Shown piece after piece: positions 1-9,236 of a stretch of 64,000 bases of DNA (positions are counted from its first letter, which is position 1; the number at the start of each line of letters is the position of its first letter). The notes below the pieces were generated by a model. The model did not search any database, was not told where the DNA came from, and worked only from the letters and a program-made list of their open reading frames with translations. A program made the translations under genes and the position numbers. The DNA comes from Planctomycetota bacterium (GTDB taxonomy: Bacteria; Planctomycetota; UBA8108; SXIK01). The stretch lies in the NCBI GenBank assembly GCA_965223265.1, contig OZ244999.1, positions 2,784,001 through 2,848,000 of the forward strand, read 5' to 3'.

Positions 1-384
1 GGTGAGCGGTGCCCAAGGAGGATGCGTGCCACCTCGAGTCCGAACTCCTTACGCAGATTCGTCGCCGCGCTGTGACGGAGCTGATGCGGTGTCCACTTGG
101 GAATTCCTGCGCGCTTGCACGCACGAGCGATCGCTCTGGCATAGGAGCGCGTGTCGTAGTGGCCCCTCGGTGGTCGGTCACGGTGGGGGACTCGGTTTGT
201 ACCGGGCCGATTTCCGTACGGTAGTGGCGTCTTTCGCAGGGAATGTCGCTGCGCCAGTCGCCTCTTCTCTGCCTCTTTTGGCGAGAAAAGGTAACTGTTG
301 AGTGGACGCGTCTCGATGAACCGCTTCAAGATCAGCTGGGCCTTCGGACCAAAGTAGATCGATCGTCTATGGCCGTGGTGCACG
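1..384 (-). pseudogene. C-terminal half of a tyrosine integrase split by a transposon (runs off window start)
   Basis: Manual minus-strand translation: (HKT)VHHGHRRSIYFGPKAQ...WTPHQLRHSAATNLRKEFGLEVARILLGHRS, with HxxR and LLGH catalytic motifs. It joins in frame to 4456..5183 once the insertion and one GTTTTG copy are removed. Confidence 0.92.
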
Positions 385-390
385 GTTTTG

Positions 391-416
391 TGCTGAGTCC
401 CACAAACTCTGGCTCG
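391..416 (+). repeat. Left terminal inverted repeat of transposon
   Basis: TGCTGAGTCCCACAAACTCTGGCTCG matches the reverse complement of 4430-4455 (TGCTAAGTCCCACAGTATCTGGCGCG) at 21/26 positions. Confidence 0.9.
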
Positions 417-631
417 TGAGCAGCGACGAGTCTCAGATTCACTGACCCGGAAACGCCCCGGCATACCCCGCCGAACCGACCGTCCGATCATACCCCGCCT
501 ACCCCGCGCCCCCCGTTCGACGCTGCGCCCTGGACCTTCGCTCGACTCCTCGCCTCACCTCGAGTAAAGAGGGGAGCGGAGAGACCGGTGTTGGTGCACT
601 TCTCTCCGCAAGTCCCCGTACGGAGAGAGCG

Positions 632-1300
632 ATGCTACCCCATTTGGTCAACGCGATACAGAGCTATGGCGAAGCTGTTCGCCGCCGTGAGATCCAGCCG
701 ACCTGTAACCGCTGCCCGAATTGCAGCGGGGAGCCAGATCGGTTCCGCTACCGCGGTCACCGAGAGCGCGTGTTCCTCGTTATCGTCAGGCGTCTGGTCG
801 AACCTGTCCTGTCGCTTCTGAGTCGCTGGAAGTGTCCTCTGTGTAAGCGCTCCTTCACGCTCTACCCGCCCTTCGCGCTGCCGGGGAAACGCTACGTTCG
901 CGACTGCGTTTTCGATCACGCTCGGCGCTACCTCCAGATCGACGAGCTTTCGTATCGCGAAGCCGTCAAGGTCGAACACATGCCCGTCTTCCACGAGGGT
1001 GACGACAGGGGAGCGATCGACGAGCGCAGCCTCGCGCACTCAACACTTCATCGTTGGCTTTCGTTCTTTCGCTCTCTCAACGCCACGCTCCTGGAGGCTC
1101 TCCGCCTCATCCGAGAGCGCTCGGCGAGGTCCGACATCTTCCGCAAGGTCTTCGCCGTCCGTCCAGCCAAGTACCGAAGCGAATCACGGCGGGACACTCT
1201 CGTCGCGGCACTTCGAGCTCTCTCGATCGACCAGGTGTTCCGTTCCCTCTTCGGCCGATCGATCTTCCCCGACTTGGCAACCTCCGCAGCCTGGGCGTGA
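632..1300 (+). CDS. Zn-ribbon protein, DUF6431-like, transposon accessory gene
   Basis: CPNC...CPLC, F-T-L-Y-P-x-F-A-L-P-x-K-R-Y and STLHRW segments; directly upstream of the DDE transposase. Confidence 0.7.
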   Translation: MLPHLVNAIQSYGEAVRRREIQPTCNRCPNCSGEPDRFRYRGHRERVFLVIVRRLVEPVLSLLSRWKCPLCKRSFTLYPPFALPGKRYVRDCVFDHARRYLQIDELSYREAVKVEHMPVFHEGDDRGAIDERSLAHSTLHRWLSFFRSLNATLLEALRLIRERSARSDIFRKVFAVRPAKYRSESRRDTLVAALRALSIDQVFRSLFGRSIFPDLATSAAWA

Positions 1301-1340
1301 GCGAGAATCACGCCTCGCTCGCCCCATGCGAGGTGTGATC

Positions 1341-2903
1341 ATGAAAGCGAAAGATCTCGATTGGGCTATCTTCTGGGCGGCTCTTCTCCAGCCCGTCGTC
1401 ATCGGCGAGGTGCCGGAGGAGGAAGCCGCGCGATTTCTCCGCGAGCTCGCCAAAGAAGAGCGCATCTTTCCCGACGGATCGCGACGCAAGCCGGCTCTTT
1501 CGACCCTGAGGCGGAAGCTTCGCATCTATCGCGAGGAGGGCTTCGAGGGTCTTGCCCGCAGGCCGCGAAGCGATCGCGGGAAACCGCGTGCCCACGGCAA
1601 AGAGCTCGTCGAGAAAGCCGTCGAGCTGAAGCGTGATCAGCCACTGCGCTCCCACTTCGCCATCAACAAGTTCCTCCAGGCTCAGCACGGAAAGACCATT
1701 CCGCGTTCGACCCTCTTCCGCTACCTCAAGATCGCCGGCGCGACGCGGCTGAAGCTCGGTGTCGAGAGGAGGAAAGTCCGGAAACGCTGGACTCGTGACT
1801 CCACCCATGCCCTCTGGGTCGGCGACTTCGCCGATGGACCCTACGTGCTGCACGACGGCGAAGTCGTCCCCACCTTCCTCTGTGTTCTCATCGACTGCTA
1901 CAGCCGCTCGCTCGTCGAGGGGCGCTACTACCTTCGGCAAAATCTCGAGGTCTTGATCGACTGCTTGCTGCGGGCGTGGGCCAAGCACGGTGCTTCGGAC
2001 GAGCTCTATGTCGATCAGGCGAAGGTCTATATCTCCAAAGCGCTCAAGGCGGCATGCCTTGCCGTTGTCACCCGGCTCATCCATCGCGGCAAGGGCGATC
2101 CGCCACCGGGTGGTCTCGTCGAACGACTCATCGAGACGATACAGGGCCAGTTCGAGGCCGAGGTCAGAGCCGGCGAGATCCTCACTCTCGACTCGCTCAA
2201 CGGAAGCTTCGATTCCTGGAAGACCGTGGCCTACCACCGCCAGGTCAACACCGAGACCGGCGAAACACCCGAGGCACGAGCCGAGGCCGGCCTCAAACGG
2301 CCTATCCGACACGTCGACATTCAGCGCGTCACCGAGTTCTTCATGTGCCGCGAGACGCGGCGCGTTCACCCGGACTTCTCCGACGTCCAGCTCGATCGCC
2401 GCTTCTATCGCGTCGACAAGAGTCTGCGCGGTGACAAGGTCGAAGTCCGCTACGATCCCTTCTCCGCGCCCGACACGGTTCTCATCTACTCCAGCAACGA
2501 AGAGTACCTCGGAAAGGGCGTCCTTCACGAGCGCGAAGAGGGCGAGGACGCCGGTGCTCCCGCCCCTCCCGCCAAAGCGAAGCACAACTATCTGGAGCTT
2601 CTTCGCCGTGAGCACGACGAGGAGCTCAAGAAGCGCGCCCAGGGGATCGACTACCGTCGTGTCATCGCCTCTCGCCAGTGGCCCTTCACCGACTTCGCAT
2701 GCCTTCTCGGCCGGCTCATGGGGCGCAAGGGCGCCCTCTCGAGCTTCACCGCCGAGGAGCTCGAGGAACTCAAGAAGTTCTACAACCGTACTCCCAGCCT
2801 CACCGAAGTCCTCTTGCTGAGGGCCTTCGAGAAGGCTCCGGAGAAATCCATTCCCTACATCGCCTACGAGCTTCAACGACTCGCAGGCAGAAAGGAGGAC
2901 TGA
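1341..2903 (+). CDS. DDE integrase/transposase with Mu-type C-terminal domain
   Basis: HTH region (STLRRKLRIYREEGFEGL..RPRSDRG), LWVGD, LYVDQ, GLVERL catalytic motifs and V-E-V-R-Y-D-P. ATG at 1341 follows GAGGTG. Confidence 0.9.
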   Translation: MKAKDLDWAIFWAALLQPVVIGEVPEEEAARFLRELAKEERIFPDGSRRKPALSTLRRKLRIYREEGFEGLARRPRSDRGKPRAHGKELVEKAVELKRDQPLRSHFAINKFLQAQHGKTIPRSTLFRYLKIAGATRLKLGVERRKVRKRWTRDSTHALWVGDFADGPYVLHDGEVVPTFLCVLIDCYSRSLVEGRYYLRQNLEVLIDCLLRAWAKHGASDELYVDQAKVYISKALKAACLAVVTRLIHRGKGDPPPGGLVERLIETIQGQFEAEVRAGEILTLDSLNGSFDSWKTVAYHRQVNTETGETPEARAEAGLKRPIRHVDIQRVTEFFMCRETRRVHPDFSDVQLDRRFYRVDKSLRGDKVEVRYDPFSAPDTVLIYSSNEEYLGKGVLHEREEGEDAGAPAPPAKAKHNYLELLRREHDEELKKRAQGIDYRRVIASRQWPFTDFACLLGRLMGRKGALSSFTAEELEELKKFYNRTPSLTEVLLLRAFEKAPEKSIPYIAYELQRLAGRKED

Positions 2904-3694
2904 TGTTCACCACCCATTTCAAGATGACGACGCAGCCCTTTCTCGAGCGCGCGCCCGTCGAGCAGATTCTTTCCGACGAGCGCATCACCCAGGGACTCGC
3001 TCGACTGGAGTACCTCGCCAAGTCGGGCTCGATCGGCCTGGTGACCGGACTCACCGGGGTGGGGAAGTCGTCTCTGGTGAAGCTCTTCGTGCGCTCGCTG
3101 AGCCGCAACCTCTACGACCCGATCTATCTCTCGCTGACCTACGTCGGGGCAAACGGCATTCTGAAGCTCCTGGTTTCCAGCCTCGGCGAGCAGCCCCGCC
3201 GTGGCAAGGAGCGGCTCTTCCTCCAGATCCTGGATCGCGTCGGGGCGAACGAGCACACGACAATCCTCGTCATCGATGAAGCGCACCTGCTTCCTTCGGA
3301 GTCGCTCACCGATCTGAGACTTCTGGTCAGCTCCGGACTCGAGGACGGCCCGCCATTGAAGATCCTCCTCAGCGGACAAGAGACCCTGAGAAAGGAGCTT
3401 ACCCGAGCGCGCCACGCCGATCTCACGCATCGGCTCAGCGTGCGCTACCACGTGCCGCCGCTCAGCAAGGAGCAGACGGTCGAGTACATCGACTTTCAGA
3501 TGCGCGCAGCCGGCGCCTCGCAGAAAGTCTTCGAGCCTGAAGCGAAGTCGCTCATCCACGACTACTCAAGCGGCGTGCCGCGGCGCATCAACAACATCGC
3601 CACCGCCTGCCTCATTCAGGCCGCGAGCAAGAACGTCCAGAAGATCTCCGAGGCGCTCGTCAACGACACCGCCCCCGAGTTCCATCTGCCCTGA
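2903..3694 (+). CDS. ExeA/TnsC-like AAA+ ATPase
   Basis: Walker A GLTGVGKS, Walker B LVIDEAH, SGVPRRIN. TGATG overlap with the transposase and AGGAGG RBS. Confidence 0.9.
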   Translation: MFTTHFKMTTQPFLERAPVEQILSDERITQGLARLEYLAKSGSIGLVTGLTGVGKSSLVKLFVRSLSRNLYDPIYLSLTYVGANGILKLLVSSLGEQPRRGKERLFLQILDRVGANEHTTILVIDEAHLLPSESLTDLRLLVSSGLEDGPPLKILLSGQETLRKELTRARHADLTHRLSVRYHVPPLSKEQTVEYIDFQMRAAGASQKVFEPEAKSLIHDYSSGVPRRINNIATACLIQAASKNVQKISEALVNDTAPEFHLP

Positions 3695-3713
3695 GAACGG
3701 AGACTGACGCGCC

Positions 3714-4007
3714 ATGTTCCACAAGACCCTGATGCCTCGAGTCAACGACTTCGCCGAGTATCCTGAGCTCGCCGTTTTGATGACCCTCGCGACGAACCTC
3801 GAGATCGCCCTGTTCGCTCTGAACGCCGCGTACCCCGATCTCGACTTCGACTACACGCAACGCTCCTCCTACACCGAGCAAGACGCCTATCTCGCCGCCT
3901 TGGGCGCTCAGCTGCGAGCGCTCCAGATCGTCCTCGAAGAGTATCTCGAGAGCCTGCAACGAATCCGATATTTGAAGGCGCCGAGCGGTGGAGGTGGCGT
4001 CGCATGA
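3714..4007 (+). CDS. Hypothetical protein (transposon gene 4)
   Basis: 97-aa ATG ORF in operon order; ATGA overlap with the next gene. Confidence 0.65.
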   Translation: MFHKTLMPRVNDFAEYPELAVLMTLATNLEIALFALNAAYPDLDFDYTQRSSYTEQDAYLAALGAQLRALQIVLEEYLESLQRIRYLKAPSGGGGVA

Positions 4008-4321
4008 CAGGACGATTCTCCGGCAAGCTCCTGCGGTCGTTGAGAAACGATATACCGATCGCGTGGCTCCTCGATCTGCTCGGCGTCCCCGCGAAAATCT
4101 CCGAGGGCTACGTGCGCTTCCTCTGTCCGCGGTGTCGCGAATTCAACACCGCGACGAAGGCGTCCACCAACCTCGCGCGTTGCTTTCGCTGCGAGACGAA
4201 CTTCAACCCGATCGACCTGGTCATGATCGTCAAGCGGCTGAATTTCGTCGACGCCGTCGAGTTCCTCGCCGAGCTCCGCGATCGTCGCGGTGACGCTCGC
4301 GCCACGCCTCGCCCTTCGTGA
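4004..4321 (+). CDS. Stand-alone CHC2-like (DnaG-type) zinc-finger protein
   Basis: FLCPRC...ARCFRC..NPIDLVM...NFVDAVEFL resembles the primase zinc-binding domain; GGAGG RBS. Confidence 0.8.
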   Translation: MTGRFSGKLLRSLRNDIPIAWLLDLLGVPAKISEGYVRFLCPRCREFNTATKASTNLARCFRCETNFNPIDLVMIVKRLNFVDAVEFLAELRDRRGDARATPRPS

Positions 4322-4429
4322 TTCCCCGGGTCGTCGTGCCGTCCGGGACACGACGACCCGCGCCTTCTCGCCTCGCAAATCGCATCTCGCACCCGCGAAT
4401 CAGCACCATGCCATTTAATCTGGGATTTC

Positions 4430-4455
4430 CGCGCCAGATACTGTGGGACTTAGCA
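4430..4455 (-). repeat. Right terminal inverted repeat of transposon
   Basis: Inverted copy of 391-416, ending in CA and followed by the TSD GTTTTG. Confidence 0.9.
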
Positions 4456-5183
4456 GTTTTGTGCTGCTCTGGGGTGTATGTCCAAACTCCACCGCTGGTG
4501 TCGAGGTCGACGGCTCGTAGGGGAAGGAGCTCTCCGGATCGCGCGCCGCTGAGACTTTGGAGCTCAACCAGTGCCCAAACTTCGCTTGAGACATGCGGCC
4601 GAATCGCCGCGACGTCTCTCTCGGCAACAGCCTTCACGGGATCTGGCTCGCGCGCACCGGAGCGTCCACGCTGCAGTCCTCTTACCGTCTGGAGCGCATG
4701 ATATACCTTCGCGTCGACTAACTCTTCTTCGCCCGCCCACTTGAAGACGCGCCGCAAGCGATTCATTGCTTGATTGATCGATGAGCGGGCTAGCCCCCTT
4801 TGAATCAAGCGTGCCCGTACGGTCTTCATCTTCCGTGGGCCGAACTCAGCGGCGGGTGACTCACCGTAAAGCTCGGCGAGCGGACGAAGCACCACCTTGA
4901 AGTTCTCCGTCTCTCCCGTGGGGGACCCGTCTGCCCTTCTGTAATGGAGCTTGGCGTGTCTGAGAAAGCGAGCGGCAAGCTCTACGATCGTCAGATCGCT
5001 TTGGGCCACCGTAACCTCGCCGTTCGCCTCCCACTCGGCAAGGACCTGATGGTACTCCTGGCGGCTCTTTTGCGTTCCGTAGAGCCCGAGGTAGTGACGG
5101 ACTCCGTTCAGCTCGACGAATGCGAGATCGGAGCCGTTGCTGCGCTTCTGCCTGCGGTACGAAGGTGAGCTTCGCCGAATCAT
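4456..5183 (-). pseudogene. N-terminal half of planctomycete-type tyrosine integrase of the left (second) island
   Basis: PSYRRQK..AFVELNG.RHYLG.YG...EY N-terminus, SGARSGEL (catalytic R) and HKT; cut by the transposon; adjacent to the tRNA fragment. Confidence 0.9.
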
Positions 5184-5297
5184 GTGGGCCTCCCAGAGTC
5201 GACGAATCGTATACAGGTATACGACTCTGACAGTGGGTTACAGCCGCTCCCCCATTGAGGGGGGTATCCTAACACAAGGATTCAGCGAGGTTTAAAA

Positions 5298-5342
5298 TGG
5301 TGGGCGTTACTGGACTTGAACCAGTGACCCCCAGCTTGTCGA
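5298..5342 (-). repeat. att site: 45-bp copy of tRNA-Val 3' half
   Basis: Identical to 43461-43505, spanning the anticodon loop through CCA. Confidence 0.95.
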
Positions 5343-5475
5343 CGAGGAAAAACCGATGTATAAGAACTCGTGTTAACCCTTGAGAATGCTTTGTAATATA
5401 TTATTATATCAATATTTATGAGATCGTCCTCTACGGCTCTCCAGTGCTCGCTCTCACTCGGAAACGCTCATTTGT

Positions 5476-5496
5476 AGGTACTCATACAGGTACTCA
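5476..5496 (+). promoter_or_regulatory. Putative integrase arm-type binding site pair
   Basis: AGGTACTCATACAGGTACTCA (tandem AGGTACTCA), identical to 43369-43389 near the other att site. Confidence 0.7.
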
Positions 5497-5498
5497 TC

Positions 5499-6707
5499 GT
5501 GATTTCCTTTGGCAAGATCCGGCGGCGCAAATTGCACGGTCGGTTGACGTCCACTTACTGGGTGCGTTGCTGGGATCCGCAGCGAAAGAGGCAGTCCTGG
5601 CGGAGTACCCGATGTAAGACGATCCAGGCGGCAAGAGAGTGGGTGCGGACGCAGGAGGTCCGACAGGCTCTCGGCAAGGATCGCCAGGAAGCGGTGGAGC
5701 AGGCGGAAAAGACTTTCGCGGCTGCCTACGCCTCCTGGATCGGGCAGAAGCGGGAAAAAGTCTCCGTGAAATGCTTTCAGACGCTGAAGTATCAGGGCGA
5801 TCACTTCTGGCTTGGATTCTTTGGAGAGAGAGCTCTCTCTGAGATCGATACGGAGCTTGTTCAGGAGTATCAGAGGAAACGCAAATCTGGAACGATTTCA
5901 CATCCAGATGAGACACGACGAAGACGAATACGACGAATCGGTGAGGTCACGCTCAACAACGATCTAAGACACTTCGGAAACCTGCTGAAATACTGTCGTC
6001 TCAGGGGATGGATGGATACGAACCCGCTCGAAGGGATCTACCGTCACTCGGAACAGATACGCAAAAGGACTCGGTACATCTCTCGTGAGGAAGAGGAGCG
6101 ACTGTTGAAGGCATGTCGTGAACCAGTCGTCACGCAAGTCTCCGCGAAACGCAACAAAGGCGGGCGACGTGGTGGGGTGGTCTCCAACGATCCCGTCACG
6201 TTTCAGCAAAAGGTTCCGATCCCTGATTATCTCTACCCACTCGTGCTCACCGGGCTTCGAACTGGTTTGCGCAGACGGACACTCCTCTCGCTGTGCTGGA
6301 GGCATGTCGACTTTCAGGGGCGACGCTGGCGAATTCCGGCTGAGCTGATGAAATCGCGAGAAGATTACTGTGCTCCCATCGCACAATCCGTCGTTGACGA
6401 ACTGAGGAGGTATCGAAAGCACCTGAGTTTGAGCCCGAAACGTGTTCATCCGAGTGCAACGATCTTCGGGCTGACGCCGGATTCTGAGTTCAAGCGTAGC
6501 TTCCGCAACGCGGTGAAGAGAGCCAAGCTTACGCTACGGTTTCATGACTTGCGCAGAATCTTTCTTAATCGCTGTCGGGAAAAAGGAATCAGCATCGAAA
6601 CGGCGATGGCGCTCACGCAGCATCGTAGCCTTGCAACCGTGCTCAAGCACTATCGTGAGGTTCCCCAGAGGGATCTTGAGCACGCGGTAGACGCCCTTGA
6701 CGGTTAG
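5499..6707 (+). CDS. Tyrosine recombinase/integrase, apparently intact
   Basis: TGLRRRTL (R), MKS (K), FHDLRR (HxxR), QH and KHY (Y); next to the att site. Confidence 0.92.
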   Translation: MISFGKIRRRKLHGRLTSTYWVRCWDPQRKRQSWRSTRCKTIQAAREWVRTQEVRQALGKDRQEAVEQAEKTFAAAYASWIGQKREKVSVKCFQTLKYQGDHFWLGFFGERALSEIDTELVQEYQRKRKSGTISHPDETRRRRIRRIGEVTLNNDLRHFGNLLKYCRLRGWMDTNPLEGIYRHSEQIRKRTRYISREEEERLLKACREPVVTQVSAKRNKGGRRGGVVSNDPVTFQQKVPIPDYLYPLVLTGLRTGLRRRTLLSLCWRHVDFQGRRWRIPAELMKSREDYCAPIAQSVVDELRRYRKHLSLSPKRVHPSATIFGLTPDSEFKRSFRNAVKRAKLTLRFHDLRRIFLNRCREKGISIETAMALTQHRSLATVLKHYREVPQRDLEHAVDALDG

Positions 6708-6720
6708 GCTCGACTGTTCT

Positions 6721-6972
6721 TCATCGTCGCCGTCGTGGATGTCGTCGTTCGTCGGGCGCTGTGCACGGATTCTCATCGAGGAACCGTTCAAGCGACGACT
6801 GCGAGACACGGATCAGCACGCCAACTCGGATTGCGGTGAGCTTCCCTTCAAAAATGAAGCGTCGAACCGCAGATTCGTGGATCTGAAGAAGGTGCGCGAC
6901 CTGCTGCACCGAGAAAAGACGAAGGGAGCCTGGAAGATCGGCCGTTGAGCTCTGTTGGGGAGTGGTGCTCAT
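6721..6972 (-). CDS. Excisionase-like HTH protein
   Basis: LFSVQQVAHLLQIHESAVRRFIFEGKLTAIRVG..IRVSQSSLERFL (HTH_17 type), convergent with the integrase. Confidence 0.85.
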   Translation of the reverse strand: MSTTPQQSSTADLPGSLRLFSVQQVAHLLQIHESAVRRFIFEGKLTAIRVGVLIRVSQSSLERFLDENPCTAPDERRHPRRRR

Positions 6973-7442
6973 GGTGGATCCCCCGCAAGTGATGTGGTCT
7001 CTGAGTGGTCTGTAGGTGCGCGACACGCTTCCCGCAATAGCGGCAACACCTCAAAAAGAAACTCCCGGTACAGCTCCTCGCTGAGAACTCCCTGCGCCCA
7101 AGCAGCACACAGGCGGAACTCGAGGGCTTCGACAGCCTGCAGGTTGTGGACGTCCGAACGGATGCGAACGAGCGTCTCTTCGATCTCAAGCTGCGCTTCG
7201 AGGACTTCGATGACGTCGGGAATCTTGGCGTCGACTCGGGCTCTGACGGCGCTAGGCACGACCTCGGCCGGCGGTTCATAGCAGACGACGGTGGTGCCGT
7301 CGGGTCGATGGAGCTGGTGGGGGCTCCTGGCCGCGGGCCGGAAAAGCGAGATGCACGAGGCAGAGATGGCGACGAAAAGCAGCGCCGTGAGCGTCACGGC
7401 GAAGGTTATGAGTGAGCGGGTTGGAAACCGTACGCTGAGCAA
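6969..7442 (-). CDS. Hypothetical membrane-anchored/secreted protein
   Basis: TTG at 7442 preceded by GGAGG; N-terminal hydrophobic segment; ATGA overlap with the xis-like gene. Confidence 0.6.
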   Translation of the reverse strand: MLSVRFPTRSLITFAVTLTALLFVAISASCISLFRPAARSPHQLHRPDGTTVVCYEPPAEVVPSAVRARVDAKIPDVIEVLEAQLEIEETLVRIRSDVHNLQAVEALEFRLCAAWAQGVLSEELYREFLFEVLPLLREACRAPTDHSETTSLAGDPP

Positions 7443-7505
7443 AGAAACCTCCTGAAGAGTCTGAGAGAGTATCAAAGACTGACGCGGGCGTGCGCGATGC
7501 ACGCT

Positions 7506-7528
7506 TCCACCTCTTAGTTGCCGCAAAC
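7506..7528 (-). promoter_or_regulatory. Island motif copy 1 (CGGCAACTAAGAGGTGGA)
   Basis: 18-bp core identical to 24106-24123 and 27825-27842; lies upstream of the xis-containing operon. Confidence 0.55.
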
Positions 7529-7865
7529 GGCGGATGTGCGAAACGGAATCTGGGAAGTTTTTCGACGTGACGATTGGCAGCTGAGGAGTCAGAGCGAAAC
7601 CCAGTTGATCAAACGAGATGGGTTGAACGACGAACGAGCGCCCTCTCCCCCGGCGCTGCGCGCCGCTGGCGGCTCGGGCCGTCCTCGGTCTTCGCTCCGC
7701 GGCGAGACGCGAACGCCGCGAGGCGTCGTTCGCTCAGACGCCGCTGCGCTACGCCCTCGGATGCGGCCTCGCCACCAGCGGCGCGCAGCGCCGGGGGAGA
7801 GGGCGCGTGGTGCTCCGGCTCACCACGCGCAGCTCTCAGTTCATGTGCCCGTCGCCAAGGGCGTG

Positions 7866-8867
7866 TCAGTCGCCTTGCTCCAGTTTGATGCGGCTGGCAA
7901 GCTGCCCCACGGGGATCTCGCGCCAGTCGTGCTCGGCGCGCTCGAGGGTTTCTTGCAGCCAGGCGTCGTCAAGATCGTTGATCCGCTCGGCGTACTGGCT
8001 GTTGCCATCGGCGCCGCGGCGGCGTGAGTAGTGGCGTAAGGATTCATCGAAGCGCACCTGCTGGTGGGTGCCGAGCTCAAGGAGGATGTTATAGAGGCGC
8101 CGTCGGGCTGGGTCGAGCCGACGTGGCTGTCGTTTCGTGACAGCGCCGGCCGGTGGGCGTGCCGAGGGTGTCTCCTGTTCGCCGCGGCGGCCAAAGTCGA
8201 CGGCGGCGACGCCATCCTTCGTGACGCCGGCGGCGCGCACTTCCTCCCAGGTGATGCCGCCAAGCCCGAGGATGCATTTGACGGCGCGGATCTGGGCGTT
8301 CGTGACGGCCTTCTTGCGCACCGCGCTCAGATCGATCTCCGAGAGCGGCAATCTCTTGCCGCGGCGGCGTGAGAAGAAGCTCTCGCTCGAGCTGGCCACT
8401 CCTTCAACTTCAACTCGGCGGCCGAGGAAGCGAGCGGTCGTGCGGGCCACGTAGCGGATGACGTCGCTTCCGCCAGCGTCATCGCGTACAGCCTTGACGC
8501 GTGTGCCAGTGAGGCTGACGCCGAAAATCGCGGCGATTTTCATGCAGCCGGCTGTGCCAAGGTAGGGTTGGCCGCCAACGTTCGTCCAGTCGCCTCGCGT
8601 TGTGGCGCTCAGCGCGACGCGGCGGAGCCGAACCACGTTGGGAAGGGCGGCTTCGAAAGCGGCAAGGTCGGCGTCGGTGACGGAAGCCGTTCTGTATGCG
8701 CCGGTTTGGTGGGCGTTGCGGCGATCATCGTCGCGGCCGACGATCGCTTCCGTGCGAGCTGTCGCTTCTGCGTCCGGTAGGGACGGAGCGTCTGAAGCGC
8801 CTCCCACATCGAATAGTTCCGATGCAAGAGTTGCGGAACGGGTAGAAACGACGGTAGAGTTTGGCAT
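7866..8867 (-). CDS. Phage-type protein, possibly a single-strand annealing protein
   Basis: AGGAGG RBS; DW..VGGQPYL...GCMKIA and KKAVTNAQIRAV..ILG segments reminiscent of phage annealing proteins. The function is inferred. Confidence 0.5.
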   Translation of the reverse strand: MPNSTVVSTRSATLASELFDVGGASDAPSLPDAEATARTEAIVGRDDDRRNAHQTGAYRTASVTDADLAAFEAALPNVVRLRRVALSATTRGDWTNVGGQPYLGTAGCMKIAAIFGVSLTGTRVKAVRDDAGGSDVIRYVARTTARFLGRRVEVEGVASSSESFFSRRRGKRLPLSEIDLSAVRKKAVTNAQIRAVKCILGLGGITWEEVRAAGVTKDGVAAVDFGRRGEQETPSARPPAGAVTKRQPRRLDPARRRLYNILLELGTHQQVRFDESLRHYSRRRGADGNSQYAERINDLDDAWLQETLERAEHDWREIPVGQLASRIKLEQGD

Positions 8868-8972
8868 AGCTGCCTCCTGAAAAGGTGGTGGTGAATGGAG
8901 CTCTGCTTGTCAGCGAAGACACATGGCGGAGCTCCGCCTTCTTGTTCTCCCGGACCGTCCAAGGAGAACGCC

Positions 8973-9167
8973 GTTGTGGTCGCAGTTGAGCACGCGCAGC
9001 ACTGCGTGATGCTGACTTCATCGAAGAGAACGAACATCGTCTGCTTTCTTTCGAAGAAGCATCCCACGGTGCCGCTGACGCTCACACGTCAGTGTGCGAA
9101 GAAGAGAAAGCGCGGATCAATCACCGCGAGCATCTCTTCAGCGCACGATCAACTGCACTACTATAAC
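8973..9167 (+). ncRNA. Candidate multi-stem structured RNA
   Basis: Closing stems 8973-8980/9160-9167 and 8982-8989/9149-9156 enclose about four hairpins; G-U pairs favour the + strand. Confidence 0.4.
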
Positions 9168-9236
9168 TTTAAAGTCTCACAAACAAGTTTCAACAAAATA
9201 TTCTGTACATCGGAAAATTTCTCATAGAATCTAATC

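Larger units (their letters stand above)
391..4455 (+). mobile_element. Five-gene DDE transposon (Mu/Tn552-like transposase plus ExeA-type ATPase), 4065 bp
   Basis: TG...CA ends, 26-bp imperfect terminal inverted repeats and a 6-bp TSD GTTTTG (385-390 and 4456-4461). It interrupts an integrase gene. Confidence 0.92.

Noticed and set aside
999-1340. N-terminal extensions of track ORFs (999, 2678, 14790, 24330, 34407, 49214, 50603, 58876)
   Set aside because: They overlap upstream genes or regulatory DNA. Downstream starts with RBS and family-typical N-termini fit better.
1308-2876. Long antisense or alternative-frame ORFs (e.g. 1308..2876, 21603..22619, 29879..30997, 47742..49004, 60314..61294)
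   Set aside because: Shadow ORFs of GC-rich genes with no recognisable motifs.
4230-4455. C-terminal tail of the 317-aa integrase ORF in the track
   Set aside because: Read-through into the transposon end; the true continuation is at 384..1.
5298-5342. Second tRNA gene
   Set aside because: Only the 3' 45 nt are present; this is an att duplication.
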